Source: an uncultured Bacteriovoracaceae bacterium
Lineage (GTDB): Bacteria > Bdellovibrionota > UBA2394
DNA: 64,000 nt
Reading direction: 5' to 3'
Assembly (NCBI GenBank): GCA_964626465.1
Contig: CAZVFP010000006.1
Location: 2,227-66,226, forward strand
A model generated the notes under the pieces. The model saw only the letters and a program-made list of their open reading frames with translations. It was not told the origin of the DNA and made no database searches. Both the position numbers and the translations under genes were made by a program. This document shows positions 17,185-27,053 of this stretch, piece after piece; position 1 is the stretch's first letter, and each line of letters begins with the position of its first letter.

Positions 17185-18002
17185 AATCAACCTCTGCTTG
17201 GGTTTTGGTATCTAAAGAAGCTCCATGGGGAGATTGGTGGCCAACTTTTTTGCAAGATTTAAAATGGCCCAAGGATCTGCTCGTAGAAAAATGGGCACTT
17301 GATGAAACGCCGTGGTCAAAAATTTTTGACTCCTTCAATTCGTTTACGCTCTTTGGCCAAAAAAAGGTTCTGGTTCTCAGCGTTCCAGACAAAACGTTAA
17401 AGAATACCGAAGAGTTCTTGAAACACTATGAAGGACTAAAAAAAGGCCCGCATCATGTTGTCTTTGTGTCCGAATCGGAACCCCCCTCAGATCAAATGAT
17501 CCAATGGAAGTACGTTACTGATGAAGATATAAAAACAGACGATAAGGCAGTCTTTCGGTGGATCGATGCTGTTCATGCGAAACAACTATCTCACGCTATC
17601 ACAGCTCTAGATGATGCTCTCAACGCAGGCCAACACCCGCTCGCACTGTTACAAGTCCTCAACCGAGATTTTCGTCTTGGTCGGCTCATCCATCATGGAT
17701 TTAAGTGCCGTATTCAGCAGGGAGAGCTATCGAAGACATTAAAGGTGGCTCCTTTTATGATTCAGAAATGGACCAGGCGCGAAGCCTATTCAAATTCAGT
17801 TTGGGCACATGCTTTCGATTTGCTTTTCCAAGCCGACATGGATCTCAAAAGCGGTCATGACGGAGTCTGGGTACTACGCAAACTGACCTTTGACTTGACT
17901 CAAGTGCAAGCAAACGGATCGAAAATAAAAAACAAAAAAATGAAACCTTCTACTTGGAAGCCCGAGCCACTGCTTTGGACAGTTTCGCCATCTTTCGCGT
18001 AA
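17181..18002 (+). CDS. holA: probable DNA polymerase III delta subunit (short form)
   Basis: 273 aa. LFGQKKVLVL near the N-terminus. The C-terminal pattern (AVFRWIDAV...ALDDALNAGQHPLALLQVLNRDFR...LKVAPFMIQKW...LLFQADMDLKSG) matches the HolA domain III layout. rpsT is adjacent, as in several phyla. Shorter than typical. Confidence 0.5.
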   Translation: MKSTSAWVLVSKEAPWGDWWPTFLQDLKWPKDLLVEKWALDETPWSKIFDSFNSFTLFGQKKVLVLSVPDKTLKNTEEFLKHYEGLKKGPHHVVFVSESEPPSDQMIQWKYVTDEDIKTDDKAVFRWIDAVHAKQLSHAITALDDALNAGQHPLALLQVLNRDFRLGRLIHHGFKCRIQQGELSKTLKVAPFMIQKWTRREAYSNSVWAHAFDLLFQADMDLKSGHDGVWVLRKLTFDLTQVQANGSKIKNKKMKPSTWKPEPLLWTVSPSFA

Positions 18003-18204
18003 CAGTATTTCGGTGAAGAACTCCTCGCGATTTTTGAAGCGCACTAAAGGCTTCACGCAATGCAAGCTCTGCCTTTTTTGGATCTGAAATCGCAGCAAGA
18101 ACCGCACGCTCAGCGCTGTGAACTCTTGATCTGACTGACGCATTTCGCGCTTGTCGTTTTGGTGTCTGACGTGCTCTTTTTTCTGCAGAAACGTGATTTG
18201 CCAT
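17950..18204 (-). CDS. rpsT: 30S ribosomal protein S20
   Basis: 84 aa. MANHVSAEKRARQ... is a typical S20 N-terminus; the protein is basic and helical. Confidence 0.92.
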   Translation of the reverse strand: MANHVSAEKRARQTPKRQARNASVRSRVHSAERAVLAAISDPKKAELALREAFSALQKSRGVLHRNTVTRKMAKLSKAVARASK

Positions 18205-18325
18205 GATTGGGTCTTTTTAGAGGCATTCCATGGCCTATGTCAACACGATGGATATTATTCTTTAGCAGAAAGACCCCGGAAGATTTAGGGTTAAAGGGTC
18301 TTATGGCAAGAGGGATGAACTAAAC

Positions 18326-19945
18326 ATGTCTTCTTCGGAACCTTCTAGCGAACTACGTGAAATGGGGCGAGCCTCCTCGATCCTGGCCCTTTTTACGATA
18401 TTCTCGAGAATCTTCGGACTCGTTCGTAACCAGATTTTGGGGCACTATTTTGGAGCTGGTCATATTTCAGACGCATTTATTGCGGCGTTTACGATTCCAA
18501 ATGCTCTTCGCCGAGTACTTGGCGAAGGGGGCCTCACGCCAAGCATTGTGGCCACGCTCACCCCCTATCTGAAATCAAAAGACGAAGGGCATGCTGACCC
18601 AGAGCTACGCCCGCTGATCAATTCTGCATTTTTTTGGATGACTGCATTGTTGGCTCTAGTGGGCAGTCTGAGCATTTATTTTGCGCCACAGATCGTTCAC
18701 TTTTATGTTCCTGACTTCGCTGAAATTCCTGGAAAAGTCGCCATGACGGCGAACCTCTTTCGTATTCTAATTGCCTTCGTTATCTTGATTACATGGTCAG
18801 CTTTCTTCATGGGACTGCTGAATACGTTTCGATCATTCGCTTTGTCCGCCTTTGCTCCGACGCTCAACAGCTGGGCCGTCATTGCGATTATTCCCGTCGG
18901 CTTTTGGTTGTGGAATCTTGATCAAGAAAATGGAATCTATCTCTACTCAATAGCATTAGTGATCGGCGCTGGGCTCCAGGTGGCCATTCAGATTCCAACC
19001 CTCTTAAAGTGGAATATCTGTCCTGGCTGGCCCCAAAAAATATTTGATTCTCGAATTATCGAAATTTCAAAACTCATGGGCCCCTCACTTTTTATATTGG
19101 GCGTTTACCAATTGAATGTGGTGATCAATCGCGCATTTCTCGCAGGAGCAGAAGGCGAAGTATCTCATCTCTTTTACGCAGATCTTCTCGTCGAACTTCC
19201 ATTTTCTCTTATCGCCTCCAGTGTCGGAGCAGCTTCAGTGACAAGCTTCAGCCGTCTCGCCGCATCTGGCAAATATGATGAACTAGAGGCGACGATCTCA
19301 TTTTCATTGCGCTCTACATTACTGTTTTCAGTTATGTGCTGCAGCCTCATCTTTGCGCTTGCAGAACCCATCGTATCGACGATTTATTTCTCAGGAAATT
19401 TCGCGATACAGGATGTAAAAGCAACCGCTTCGGCGCTGATGGCTTATTCGATTGGATTACCCTTCTTCGGATGCCTCCGCCTCATTCTCAGTTACTATTT
19501 TGCTGAAAAGAAAATCGGAGTTCCACTCATTGCCGCTTCTCTCGCCGTGGGGACCAATACGATTCTTGCATGGAAGCTTGCTGAGTCCCTTGGAAGTACA
19601 GGCTGCGCACTTGCCGCATCTGCGGCTTCGATTGTGAATATCACGTTGCTGATCATTTTCTTAAAAGGATCAAAAATTTCAGGGGCATTAAATACCATTC
19701 TGTCTGGAATTCTCAGAACGCTTGCGACCGCGGCATCCTTGATTGGCCTACTCCTTTTTCTGAAAACTTTACTGCCCTCCACTCTCTGGACGACCTCCGG
19801 GGTTTCGTTTCAAAAAATCAGTGTGCTCGGCCTACTCCTCTTGATTGGATGTGTCGCGTTTTTTTGGCTTTCAGTCGTCTTTAAAGTGCCGCTGGCAACT
19901 GAATCTATAAACAGAGTCCTTAAAACGCTTCGCAATAAACATTAA
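18326..19945 (+). CDS. murJ: lipid II flippase MurJ (MviN)
   Basis: 539 aa, multi-pass. N-terminal FSRIFGLVRNQILGHYFGAGHISDAFIAAFTIPNALRRVLGEGGL is the MurJ signature region. Confidence 0.85.
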   Translation: MSSSEPSSELREMGRASSILALFTIFSRIFGLVRNQILGHYFGAGHISDAFIAAFTIPNALRRVLGEGGLTPSIVATLTPYLKSKDEGHADPELRPLINSAFFWMTALLALVGSLSIYFAPQIVHFYVPDFAEIPGKVAMTANLFRILIAFVILITWSAFFMGLLNTFRSFALSAFAPTLNSWAVIAIIPVGFWLWNLDQENGIYLYSIALVIGAGLQVAIQIPTLLKWNICPGWPQKIFDSRIIEISKLMGPSLFILGVYQLNVVINRAFLAGAEGEVSHLFYADLLVELPFSLIASSVGAASVTSFSRLAASGKYDELEATISFSLRSTLLFSVMCCSLIFALAEPIVSTIYFSGNFAIQDVKATASALMAYSIGLPFFGCLRLILSYYFAEKKIGVPLIAASLAVGTNTILAWKLAESLGSTGCALAASAASIVNITLLIIFLKGSKISGALNTILSGILRTLATAASLIGLLLFLKTLLPSTLWTTSGVSFQKISVLGLLLLIGCVAFFWLSVVFKVPLATESINRVLKTLRNKH

Positions 19946-19965
19946 TTCAGCATAAAATCGAGAAG

Positions 19966-21675
19966 GTGATTTTCACATCGTTCATTTTAGGTGCGCTCTT
20001 AGTGGGCGCCGGCAATTCAGAGTCAGATGAACTCAGCATTTCACCTGACAAAATTAGGGCTGAATACCATGAAAGCTCAGGCGATGAAGCAAAAATCACA
20101 GAGTTTAAAAAAAAATATTTTTTAGTCGATATCGCTGAAGAGCATTGGTCCAAAATCTGGACAGACGAACCACCTTCCAAGTCCTTTTTTACATCGACAC
20201 AAGATGTTCCTCTTTCTTCATATCAGACCTCTTTGGCTTTTGCTCTCTACCCTCTCAACTTTAGGCTCTGGACTGAACTCTTTTCTGACTATGTGAAAAA
20301 TTGTTTCAATCACCCTTACGATGCGCTTCACGAGTTTATTAAATCTCTTCCGTTTGTTCTTTTTCCATTGTTAGCGTCATTTTTTCTGACGCTGTTTATT
20401 TACTTCATCGTCTGGGCTGTTCCCGTCGCGAGAGATATCCCAAAATGGATTGGATCAAATTCTAGATTTGTAAGCCTCAGTTCATTGCTTGTTCTGACAA
20501 TGCTCACGATTTATTCAAGACAGTGGAATGTCACCTGCTTCATATTTTCGCTTCTTTTGATTCCTTACTCGAGGGAGAAATCAGATGGCATTTTTTTCTC
20601 GATGATCTTTGGAGCAATTCTCAGTCTGAATCCGATATCGACAGCGATAGAAAATTCGCTGAGTGGGCTCAGCGCGATTGAAGCCATGGAAAAAGGACGT
20701 ACTCGTCTTGAGTATTCGATTGAAGACTTTCAATCTATGGGACTGTTGGATCAAGCGCTCTGGGAAGATCTCAATTTAGAAACGACATCGGCACGAACAT
20801 TGTCTGCAAAACTCCCTCCGTCCGTTGAAAAAGAAATTATTACGATAAACTTTGATGAAGAATCGTCGACCACACAAAATCTCATCGAGAGATACGAGAG
20901 TCTTCGCGAGAGGATCGGCGATGAACCGAGAGTCCTGTTCAATTTGTCTCAGCTACTTACGAAAAGCCAACAACTAGTAAGTGCCGACAAGCTGCGGGAA
21001 AAAATTCCCGCTGAGACACTCAGGGCGATGACTCGGCAAAGCTCGAAACTAAATCGACTGCTTTTGCCCCCGTCGCCATCTTCCCCAAGCGAACTGGCCA
21101 GAACGAAGGGAAGATCGATGCTCAAGAAAATATTTGAAACTTACGGAATTTATCCTCTTAAGTTTGAGGTTTTTTACAAATATATTTTTCAATTCCTTAT
21201 TCCCTGGTTACTGATTTTATTCGCGTTATTCTGGAGAAAGCGTGCTTCCGGCCTATGCATCCACACGGGTGAAGCCACTCTCGCTTCGGATATCGATTCA
21301 TCCAGCCTTTATCAGGCTGCGTCTCAAAAAGACGAAACCACGAACCACGCCCTGCGCGTGCAGGTTGAAAATTTGGTACGAAAACATCAACATCAACAGA
21401 AAAAATTGATTCAGCGCCTCTGCTGGCTGCATCCAGGAGTGAGCTCCCTCTATTCTAACTCGTCAATAGTTCTTCCTTGGTTGAAAGCATTACTTGTGTA
21501 TGGATTACTTTGGAACGCAATTTCCCCTCTATGGAGAATTCGAATTCTGGAATTCTGCGGATTTTCTCCTGAAAGCACTTGGGCTCACTCGCATTTTTCT
21601 TTAGGTTTCGGCGTTGTTTTTTTTCTCTGTTACGGACTTTTCGTTATTCGTGAGACGAGGAGGGCGTCTGCATGA
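19966..21675 (+). CDS. hypothetical multi-pass membrane protein
   Basis: 569-aa ORF, GTG start 20 nt after murJ. Several TM segments flank a long hydrophilic loop. No motif recognised. ATGA overlap with the next ORF. Confidence 0.5.
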   Translation: MIFTSFILGALLVGAGNSESDELSISPDKIRAEYHESSGDEAKITEFKKKYFLVDIAEEHWSKIWTDEPPSKSFFTSTQDVPLSSYQTSLAFALYPLNFRLWTELFSDYVKNCFNHPYDALHEFIKSLPFVLFPLLASFFLTLFIYFIVWAVPVARDIPKWIGSNSRFVSLSSLLVLTMLTIYSRQWNVTCFIFSLLLIPYSREKSDGIFFSMIFGAILSLNPISTAIENSLSGLSAIEAMEKGRTRLEYSIEDFQSMGLLDQALWEDLNLETTSARTLSAKLPPSVEKEIITINFDEESSTTQNLIERYESLRERIGDEPRVLFNLSQLLTKSQQLVSADKLREKIPAETLRAMTRQSSKLNRLLLPPSPSSPSELARTKGRSMLKKIFETYGIYPLKFEVFYKYIFQFLIPWLLILFALFWRKRASGLCIHTGEATLASDIDSSSLYQAASQKDETTNHALRVQVENLVRKHQHQQKKLIQRLCWLHPGVSSLYSNSSIVLPWLKALLVYGLLWNAISPLWRIRILEFCGFSPESTWAHSHFSLGFGVVFFLCYGLFVIRETRRASA

Positions 21676-22742
21676 ACGAAATTTTTGATTTTTTTGATCG
21701 GATCAATAACACATCCTGGTCCGGGGAAGTAGAGATAAAGTCGGCACAAGGGCATGCGATTGTCACAATTTTTCAGGGCAAGTTTTTGTGGGCCTATAGA
21801 CCAGTCGATCGATCTCTTGAAAGATTCAACCGCCTCGACTGGCTCATCACGCCTAAGACTCCGATGAAAAGCTGGGAAGAACTGGCTCTGACCCTCTTGC
21901 AATTAAATGGTGAACAAGAAAACAGAGTCATTCGCTTACTGAAAATGGAGCGACTCGAAGTTTTTTTTCGTTTATTCTTCTGGAGTAATACAGAAATTAT
22001 TGAACATCCACGAATGATTCAAATGCCCTCGGCCGAATCACTGGGATTCTATTCATTACGTGGGTTTGACAAACTTCTTCAAGAGGCAAAAACTCGTCTC
22101 TCTGACTGGCCACGAATGAAATCGAAAATGGGCTCCAGCAAGAGAGTGTTCGTCTCACTCGTTCCTTCGGATGTGATCAAGAAAAACCTAGAAGCAACAC
22201 CTTCTGACACGGAATCCGATCTCAAGTCTTTCTATACGTTTGAGGAACTTGAAATTTTAGCAATCTGTGATGGAAGAAACTCCGTTCAAGATCTCGTGAG
22301 ACAACTTCCTTACGGTGAGTTTTTCACTATTCGGGCGCTGCTGGACCTCTGGCGCCGCGGTGCCGTTCGTGCAAAAGACGAAGATGGTACGAGTTTTTCG
22401 AGAGTCTTTGAACAGGATCGAGTCACGACGCTCGACATGATGGGGGTTCTCTGGGCGGGCCTGCTCACAGTCGTCATCTTTTGCATTGCAACACTACTTG
22501 AAGGCCCCAGAACACCAACTGCCTGCGACACGGCCGTCATCGCTCAAGCCTTAGAGATCTATAGAAATCAGAGCCAGCATTACCCACTGACGCTGGCTGA
22601 ACTGCCTCCCTATCGCATTGCCCCGACGACTCTTGAAAAATTTAGATATCGGCTCAACAATCCGGTGAACTACAGCCTGGGATGCCGCGGGATAACTGGC
22701 AACAGCAATACTTCCGATAATATTCGTCAGATGATAGAATAG
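21672..22742 (+). CDS. hypothetical protein with one C-terminal TM helix
   Basis: 356 aa, translationally coupled to the preceding ORF. The N-terminus (WSGEVEIKSAQGHAIVTIFQGKFLWAY) is reminiscent of DUF4388-type domains, but this is from memory only. Confidence 0.45.
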   Translation: MNEIFDFFDRINNTSWSGEVEIKSAQGHAIVTIFQGKFLWAYRPVDRSLERFNRLDWLITPKTPMKSWEELALTLLQLNGEQENRVIRLLKMERLEVFFRLFFWSNTEIIEHPRMIQMPSAESLGFYSLRGFDKLLQEAKTRLSDWPRMKSKMGSSKRVFVSLVPSDVIKKNLEATPSDTESDLKSFYTFEELEILAICDGRNSVQDLVRQLPYGEFFTIRALLDLWRRGAVRAKDEDGTSFSRVFEQDRVTTLDMMGVLWAGLLTVVIFCIATLLEGPRTPTACDTAVIAQALEIYRNQSQHYPLTLAELPPYRIAPTTLEKFRYRLNNPVNYSLGCRGITGNSNTSDNIRQMIE

Positions 22743-22745
22743 GGC

Positions 22746-25025
22746 ATGTTTCCTCAGGATGCGTTTGAGTGGATCAAACAGACTTTCAATCACATCAAGC
22801 GATACCTAAAAACAATTGTCATTGTTCTTCTCGTTTCATTTGTCAGCTCGATTATTTGCCGAAATCCTTTTAGCTCAAATTTTCCTCAACTCAAGGAAGG
22901 CGATATCGCCTCTCGAACAATCACAACTCCAGTGAATCTGAAAATAGTTGACGCGGAGCTCACTGAAAAGAAGCGAGATGCCGCCGTCAATCAAGTGCTT
23001 GTCGTCTACGATTTTGATCCAGATGCAAAATCTACACTCCTTGAAAAATTGCGAAAAGCCTCTGCTCTGTTGGCCGGCTCCGGTTCGTTGACGCTTGATC
23101 ATCAGCGAGCGCTATTTGAAGAGACACTGAGCCTAAAACTCACCGACAATCAGTGGCAACTTCTAAAAAATCCTCATTCCCTTTCGGCGCTCAGAAAATT
23201 GATGGGGCAGATCATGAGGGATCTTGGCTCCAGCTGGATCGTGGATGATAGCATTCCTCCTGAACACAATGAAATTACACTGATTGATATTCGTAGCGCT
23301 GAAGAATTTAGAGTTTCGAAAAAAGCGTACGAAAGAAAGATTTCTCTTCTTTCGGATATTCGCGACTTTGTGCGCAGCTCAGATAAGTACACTCTTTCAG
23401 ATATTCCAGGGCTCAGCGAGAAACAAAAGGAAGAGCTTCGCATTCTCGCTACGAATCTTCTTGAAATCGATCTTTCATTCAACCAAAGCGAAACGAAAGC
23501 GAGAAAGGACGAAGCGGTTAAAAAAGTGGATCCCGTGTGGATCGAAATAAGCGCGGGCCAAACGATCATCGCTGAAGGAGAGAAGGCTGAAAGACGACAC
23601 ATTCTCATTCTTGATACACTACGAGAGAAGAATAATAGACTCTTTGATCTCAAGATCGCGTTTCAATTCGGGCTTTTCATTTTCACCCTGATTTTTCTCT
23701 TTTATCTCGTGGGCCGCACAAACTTTCGAAAGTTTAGGCTCTCCATGCGGGATCAGTGGGTTATCGGGGCTTTCTTTTTAGCGTCGCTTGGAATCATCGC
23801 TTTTCTCAGCCATCTGTTTGAAGCGGCCAAACATCAGACAATTTTTGGGCCTTCTCTGGTATTCTTACTCCCCCTTGCCTTTGCCGGAATGACACTGCGT
23901 TTGTTCACGAGCATGGAAATTACGAATTTTATCGTTGTCATATTTTCAATCTGCGTTGGATGGATGCACGACAGCCCATTTATTGCGCTGCTGACTTTAA
24001 CAACATCCCTTGCGGGTGCCAGTCGCATGCGCCATATCTCACAGCGGTTCGACGTCTTTAAGGCTGGCTTGATTGTTGGAGGCGTGAAGGCATTGCTCGT
24101 TATCTTGGGACATGGTTTGCATTTGATGCCATCACCAGAATTTCAGATGGAATGGGCAAACTACGCCACAATGATTTCGTTTTCAGTATTTTCTGGAATT
24201 TTTTCAGCAAGCTTAGTCATTGGAATTCAACCGTTGCTGGAACTCGTTGGCTATACTACTGATTTACGACTGATGGAGCTCTCGAGCACTAACCATCCAT
24301 TGCTGAGAGATCTGATTCTTAAGGCGCCTGGAACATATTTCCATTCATTTACCGTGAGCCAATTGGCCGAAAAGGCCGCGGAGGCGATCCATGCAAATGC
24401 GCTTTTCGCAAGAGTTGCGAGTCTCTATCACGATATTGGAAAAACAAAGAAGCCGCATTATTTCATCGAGAATGTCAAAGGTGACAATAAGCACGACAAG
24501 TTAGCTCCAACGATGAGCGCTCTCATCATTGCGAATCATGTGAAAGATGGAATTGATTTGGGAATCGAAAATCAGTTGCCTCCAAGTATTATTGAAGTGA
24601 TCCCTCAACACCACGGTACGATGTTGATTTCCTACTTCTATGATAAAGCGAAGAAGTTAGCCGACCACAGTGTCGCTGTAGACGATCGAGACTTTCGCTA
24701 TCCCGGCCCAAAACCTCAGACACGAGAGGGCGCGATCATCATGCTTGCCGATGCGGTCGAAGCCACCGCGAAGAGCGCAACAACCAAGACTGCAGATCAA
24801 ATGCGCCAGGTGGTTCATCAAACGATCCAAAGATTTTTTTTGGACGGTCAGCTGGATGAATGTGAACTGACGCTGAAAGACCTTAACTCAATCGCTCAAG
24901 CTTTTTTGCAGGTTCTAATGGGTGTATATCACCAACGAATCGAGTATTCTCACCTGAAGGAAGGCAAAGATCCACTTGAAGAAAGAACGACGTCTCAAAT
25001 CTCCGTCATCAAACCTTTGCGATAA
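22746..25025 (+). CDS. 7TM-receptor HD-domain phosphohydrolase (PgpH/YqfF-like)
   Basis: 759 aa. Extracellular N-domain, 7 TM segments, and a C-terminal HD domain (LYHDIGK, IPQHHGT, ADAVEA). Conserved synteny with ybeY. Confidence 0.8.
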   Translation: MFPQDAFEWIKQTFNHIKRYLKTIVIVLLVSFVSSIICRNPFSSNFPQLKEGDIASRTITTPVNLKIVDAELTEKKRDAAVNQVLVVYDFDPDAKSTLLEKLRKASALLAGSGSLTLDHQRALFEETLSLKLTDNQWQLLKNPHSLSALRKLMGQIMRDLGSSWIVDDSIPPEHNEITLIDIRSAEEFRVSKKAYERKISLLSDIRDFVRSSDKYTLSDIPGLSEKQKEELRILATNLLEIDLSFNQSETKARKDEAVKKVDPVWIEISAGQTIIAEGEKAERRHILILDTLREKNNRLFDLKIAFQFGLFIFTLIFLFYLVGRTNFRKFRLSMRDQWVIGAFFLASLGIIAFLSHLFEAAKHQTIFGPSLVFLLPLAFAGMTLRLFTSMEITNFIVVIFSICVGWMHDSPFIALLTLTTSLAGASRMRHISQRFDVFKAGLIVGGVKALLVILGHGLHLMPSPEFQMEWANYATMISFSVFSGIFSASLVIGIQPLLELVGYTTDLRLMELSSTNHPLLRDLILKAPGTYFHSFTVSQLAEKAAEAIHANALFARVASLYHDIGKTKKPHYFIENVKGDNKHDKLAPTMSALIIANHVKDGIDLGIENQLPPSIIEVIPQHHGTMLISYFYDKAKKLADHSVAVDDRDFRYPGPKPQTREGAIIMLADAVEATAKSATTKTADQMRQVVHQTIQRFFLDGQLDECELTLKDLNSIAQAFLQVLMGVYHQRIEYSHLKEGKDPLEERTTSQISVIKPLR

Positions 25026-25026
25026 A

Positions 25027-25491
25027 TTGATATCACTGACTCGTCCTCGCATATTCCAAACTCTGGGAGACGGAGTGCAGAAAAGCCTTCCGAAGACTTT
25101 GCTTCGCCAAATTTTGGTCGAGTGCTACAGGATTGCGCCAAAAAAAAATCTTAAGCGAGGCTTTGCCCTAGAAATTCGTTGGGTCCGAAGTCGCGAAATA
25201 AAAAAATTAAATCAACAATTTCGGAAAAAAAATAAAGCAACAGACGTATTAAGTTTTCACTCAGATCAGCCCGGGATTCTTGGATCTATCGTAATTGATA
25301 TAGAAACAGCAGAACTCCAGGCCACGCAATTCGACCACTCGCTCAAACGCGAGCTATGCGAACTCTATATTCATGGCGTTTTTCATCTGCTGGGATACGA
25401 TCATATCCATCGGGATGATGCTCGGGTGATGAAACGATACGAGAGAAGGCTTGAAAAGTTTCTCGATCGCCTGGATCATCAAAGAAGATGA
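25027..25491 (+). CDS. ybeY: rRNA maturation endoribonuclease YbeY
   Basis: HGVFHLLGYDH metal-binding motif. The ORF track starts at TTG 24976, inside the upstream gene. TTG at 25027, 2 nt after the upstream stop, gives a typical ~154-aa YbeY. Start is uncertain. Confidence 0.85.
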   Translation: MISLTRPRIFQTLGDGVQKSLPKTLLRQILVECYRIAPKKNLKRGFALEIRWVRSREIKKLNQQFRKKNKATDVLSFHSDQPGILGSIVIDIETAELQATQFDHSLKRELCELYIHGVFHLLGYDHIHRDDARVMKRYERRLEKFLDRLDHQRR

Positions 25492-27053
25492 CTCGAAGAG
25501 TTTTCATTTTTGCCGCGATTTTATTTGGCGCCGTTCTTTCTGCAAGCGCTCATCCATTTCGATGGAAAGAGATCTCGTTTGAAAGCTCCTGGTGGACTTT
25601 TTGCGTTGCTACTTTGGGCCTCGTTCTTGCATTGCCACAGATATTGCGCGGGTCAGGAAAAGCGAGATTTACTCGGGGGCTTATTTTTGGCTTCGTTTTT
25701 TTTTCATGCGTATTCTATTGGGTCGCTTACGCTCTATATACCTTTGGCAATGTGGGAATTTGGATCTCGCTTGTCGGCGTCGGAAGCCTTGCTCTTTATT
25801 GCGGAATTTATTGGGGCCTCTGGGCGTTGATCTGCGGCTCTCACCTGGTGAAGAGCCGCCCGGTTTCTGAAAAAATAATTGCATGGGGAGCCGCCTATGC
25901 TGCGCTTGAGGCGGCTCGGCAGTGGATCATCACTGGCTTTCCTTGGGGCGAGTTGGGTCATGCATTCTCATTCTCTCCATTGATCGCACGCACCGCATCG
26001 GTTTGGGGGATTCACGGACTGTCTTTTTTTTGGATCTGCCTTGTTGCGGCCATTATTCATATCAAACACGAAGAATTCAGATCCGAAGCGCTTCGAATTA
26101 TCGCGGGCATCTTGATCAGCATCCTTTCATGCAGTCTGCTGGTTCAAGTGCAGCACTCCATCGCCTCTGATGTCACAGACGTAAGAGTTGGCACGATTCA
26201 ACCAAATATCGCGCAAGATCTGAAGTGGGATCCAGCGGAAGCTTACAACAATCTAAAAAAGTTGATTGAGCTCAGCACAACGATTGAGTCTGAAGATATC
26301 TCGGTAATCTTGTGGCCTGAAACCGCTTACCCATTCTCCATTTCAAAATCGGAAACCACTGTTCCAATGAATTTTAAGGTCCCGCTGATTTTTGGAGCTG
26401 TCGTGCACGAAGACAAATCAAGCAGAAACGCGGTTGTTCTATCAAACCAAGGACAAATTCTGTCTTATTTTTCGAAGATACACCTCGTTCCCTTTGGGGA
26501 ATATGTTCCACTTGCAAACATCATTCCTTTCGGAAAAGTCGTTCAGAATGTGGCGGATTTCAAACCGGGCGCCGCTTCACAGCAACCCTTCGAATTGCCC
26601 TTTGAGTTAAATTCTCCACTGAAGGTTGGGCCACTGGTTTGTTATGAGGATATTTTCAGTCGATCGAGCGTGAATCTTGCGAGAAAAGGCTCCCAATTGC
26701 TCCTCAATTTCACCAATGACGCTTGGTATGGCCCGTCATCTGCACTCGAACAACACGCAGCAATGGCCCATATGCAAGTTTTTCAGACGGGACTGCCAAT
26801 GATTCGATCGACCAACAATGGAATGACGACGGCACTCAGCTGGGACGAGGCTAAAAGTCTGCCTATGTTTAGCGAGAAGGCGGGCGTTCTCACCGTTGAC
26901 GTGCCATTGACATCGAAACCGAAGCTCACATTTTTTGTTTGGACTTACCCCCTTATGGAATGGATTTGGTTTTTCATTTTTGCTATAGCCGTGTTGTGGA
27001 AAAGCCCAAGATCGAAAAGAAAAATCTTCTTTCAGAAATCGAGTCCCTATTAG
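25488..27053 (+). CDS. lnt: apolipoprotein N-acyltransferase
   Basis: 521 aa. N-terminal multi-TM region plus a CN-hydrolase domain with WPE and VCYEDIF (catalytic Cys). Confidence 0.85.
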   Translation: MTRRVFIFAAILFGAVLSASAHPFRWKEISFESSWWTFCVATLGLVLALPQILRGSGKARFTRGLIFGFVFFSCVFYWVAYALYTFGNVGIWISLVGVGSLALYCGIYWGLWALICGSHLVKSRPVSEKIIAWGAAYAALEAARQWIITGFPWGELGHAFSFSPLIARTASVWGIHGLSFFWICLVAAIIHIKHEEFRSEALRIIAGILISILSCSLLVQVQHSIASDVTDVRVGTIQPNIAQDLKWDPAEAYNNLKKLIELSTTIESEDISVILWPETAYPFSISKSETTVPMNFKVPLIFGAVVHEDKSSRNAVVLSNQGQILSYFSKIHLVPFGEYVPLANIIPFGKVVQNVADFKPGAASQQPFELPFELNSPLKVGPLVCYEDIFSRSSVNLARKGSQLLLNFTNDAWYGPSSALEQHAAMAHMQVFQTGLPMIRSTNNGMTTALSWDEAKSLPMFSEKAGVLTVDVPLTSKPKLTFFVWTYPLMEWIWFFIFAIAVLWKSPRSKRKIFFQKSSPY

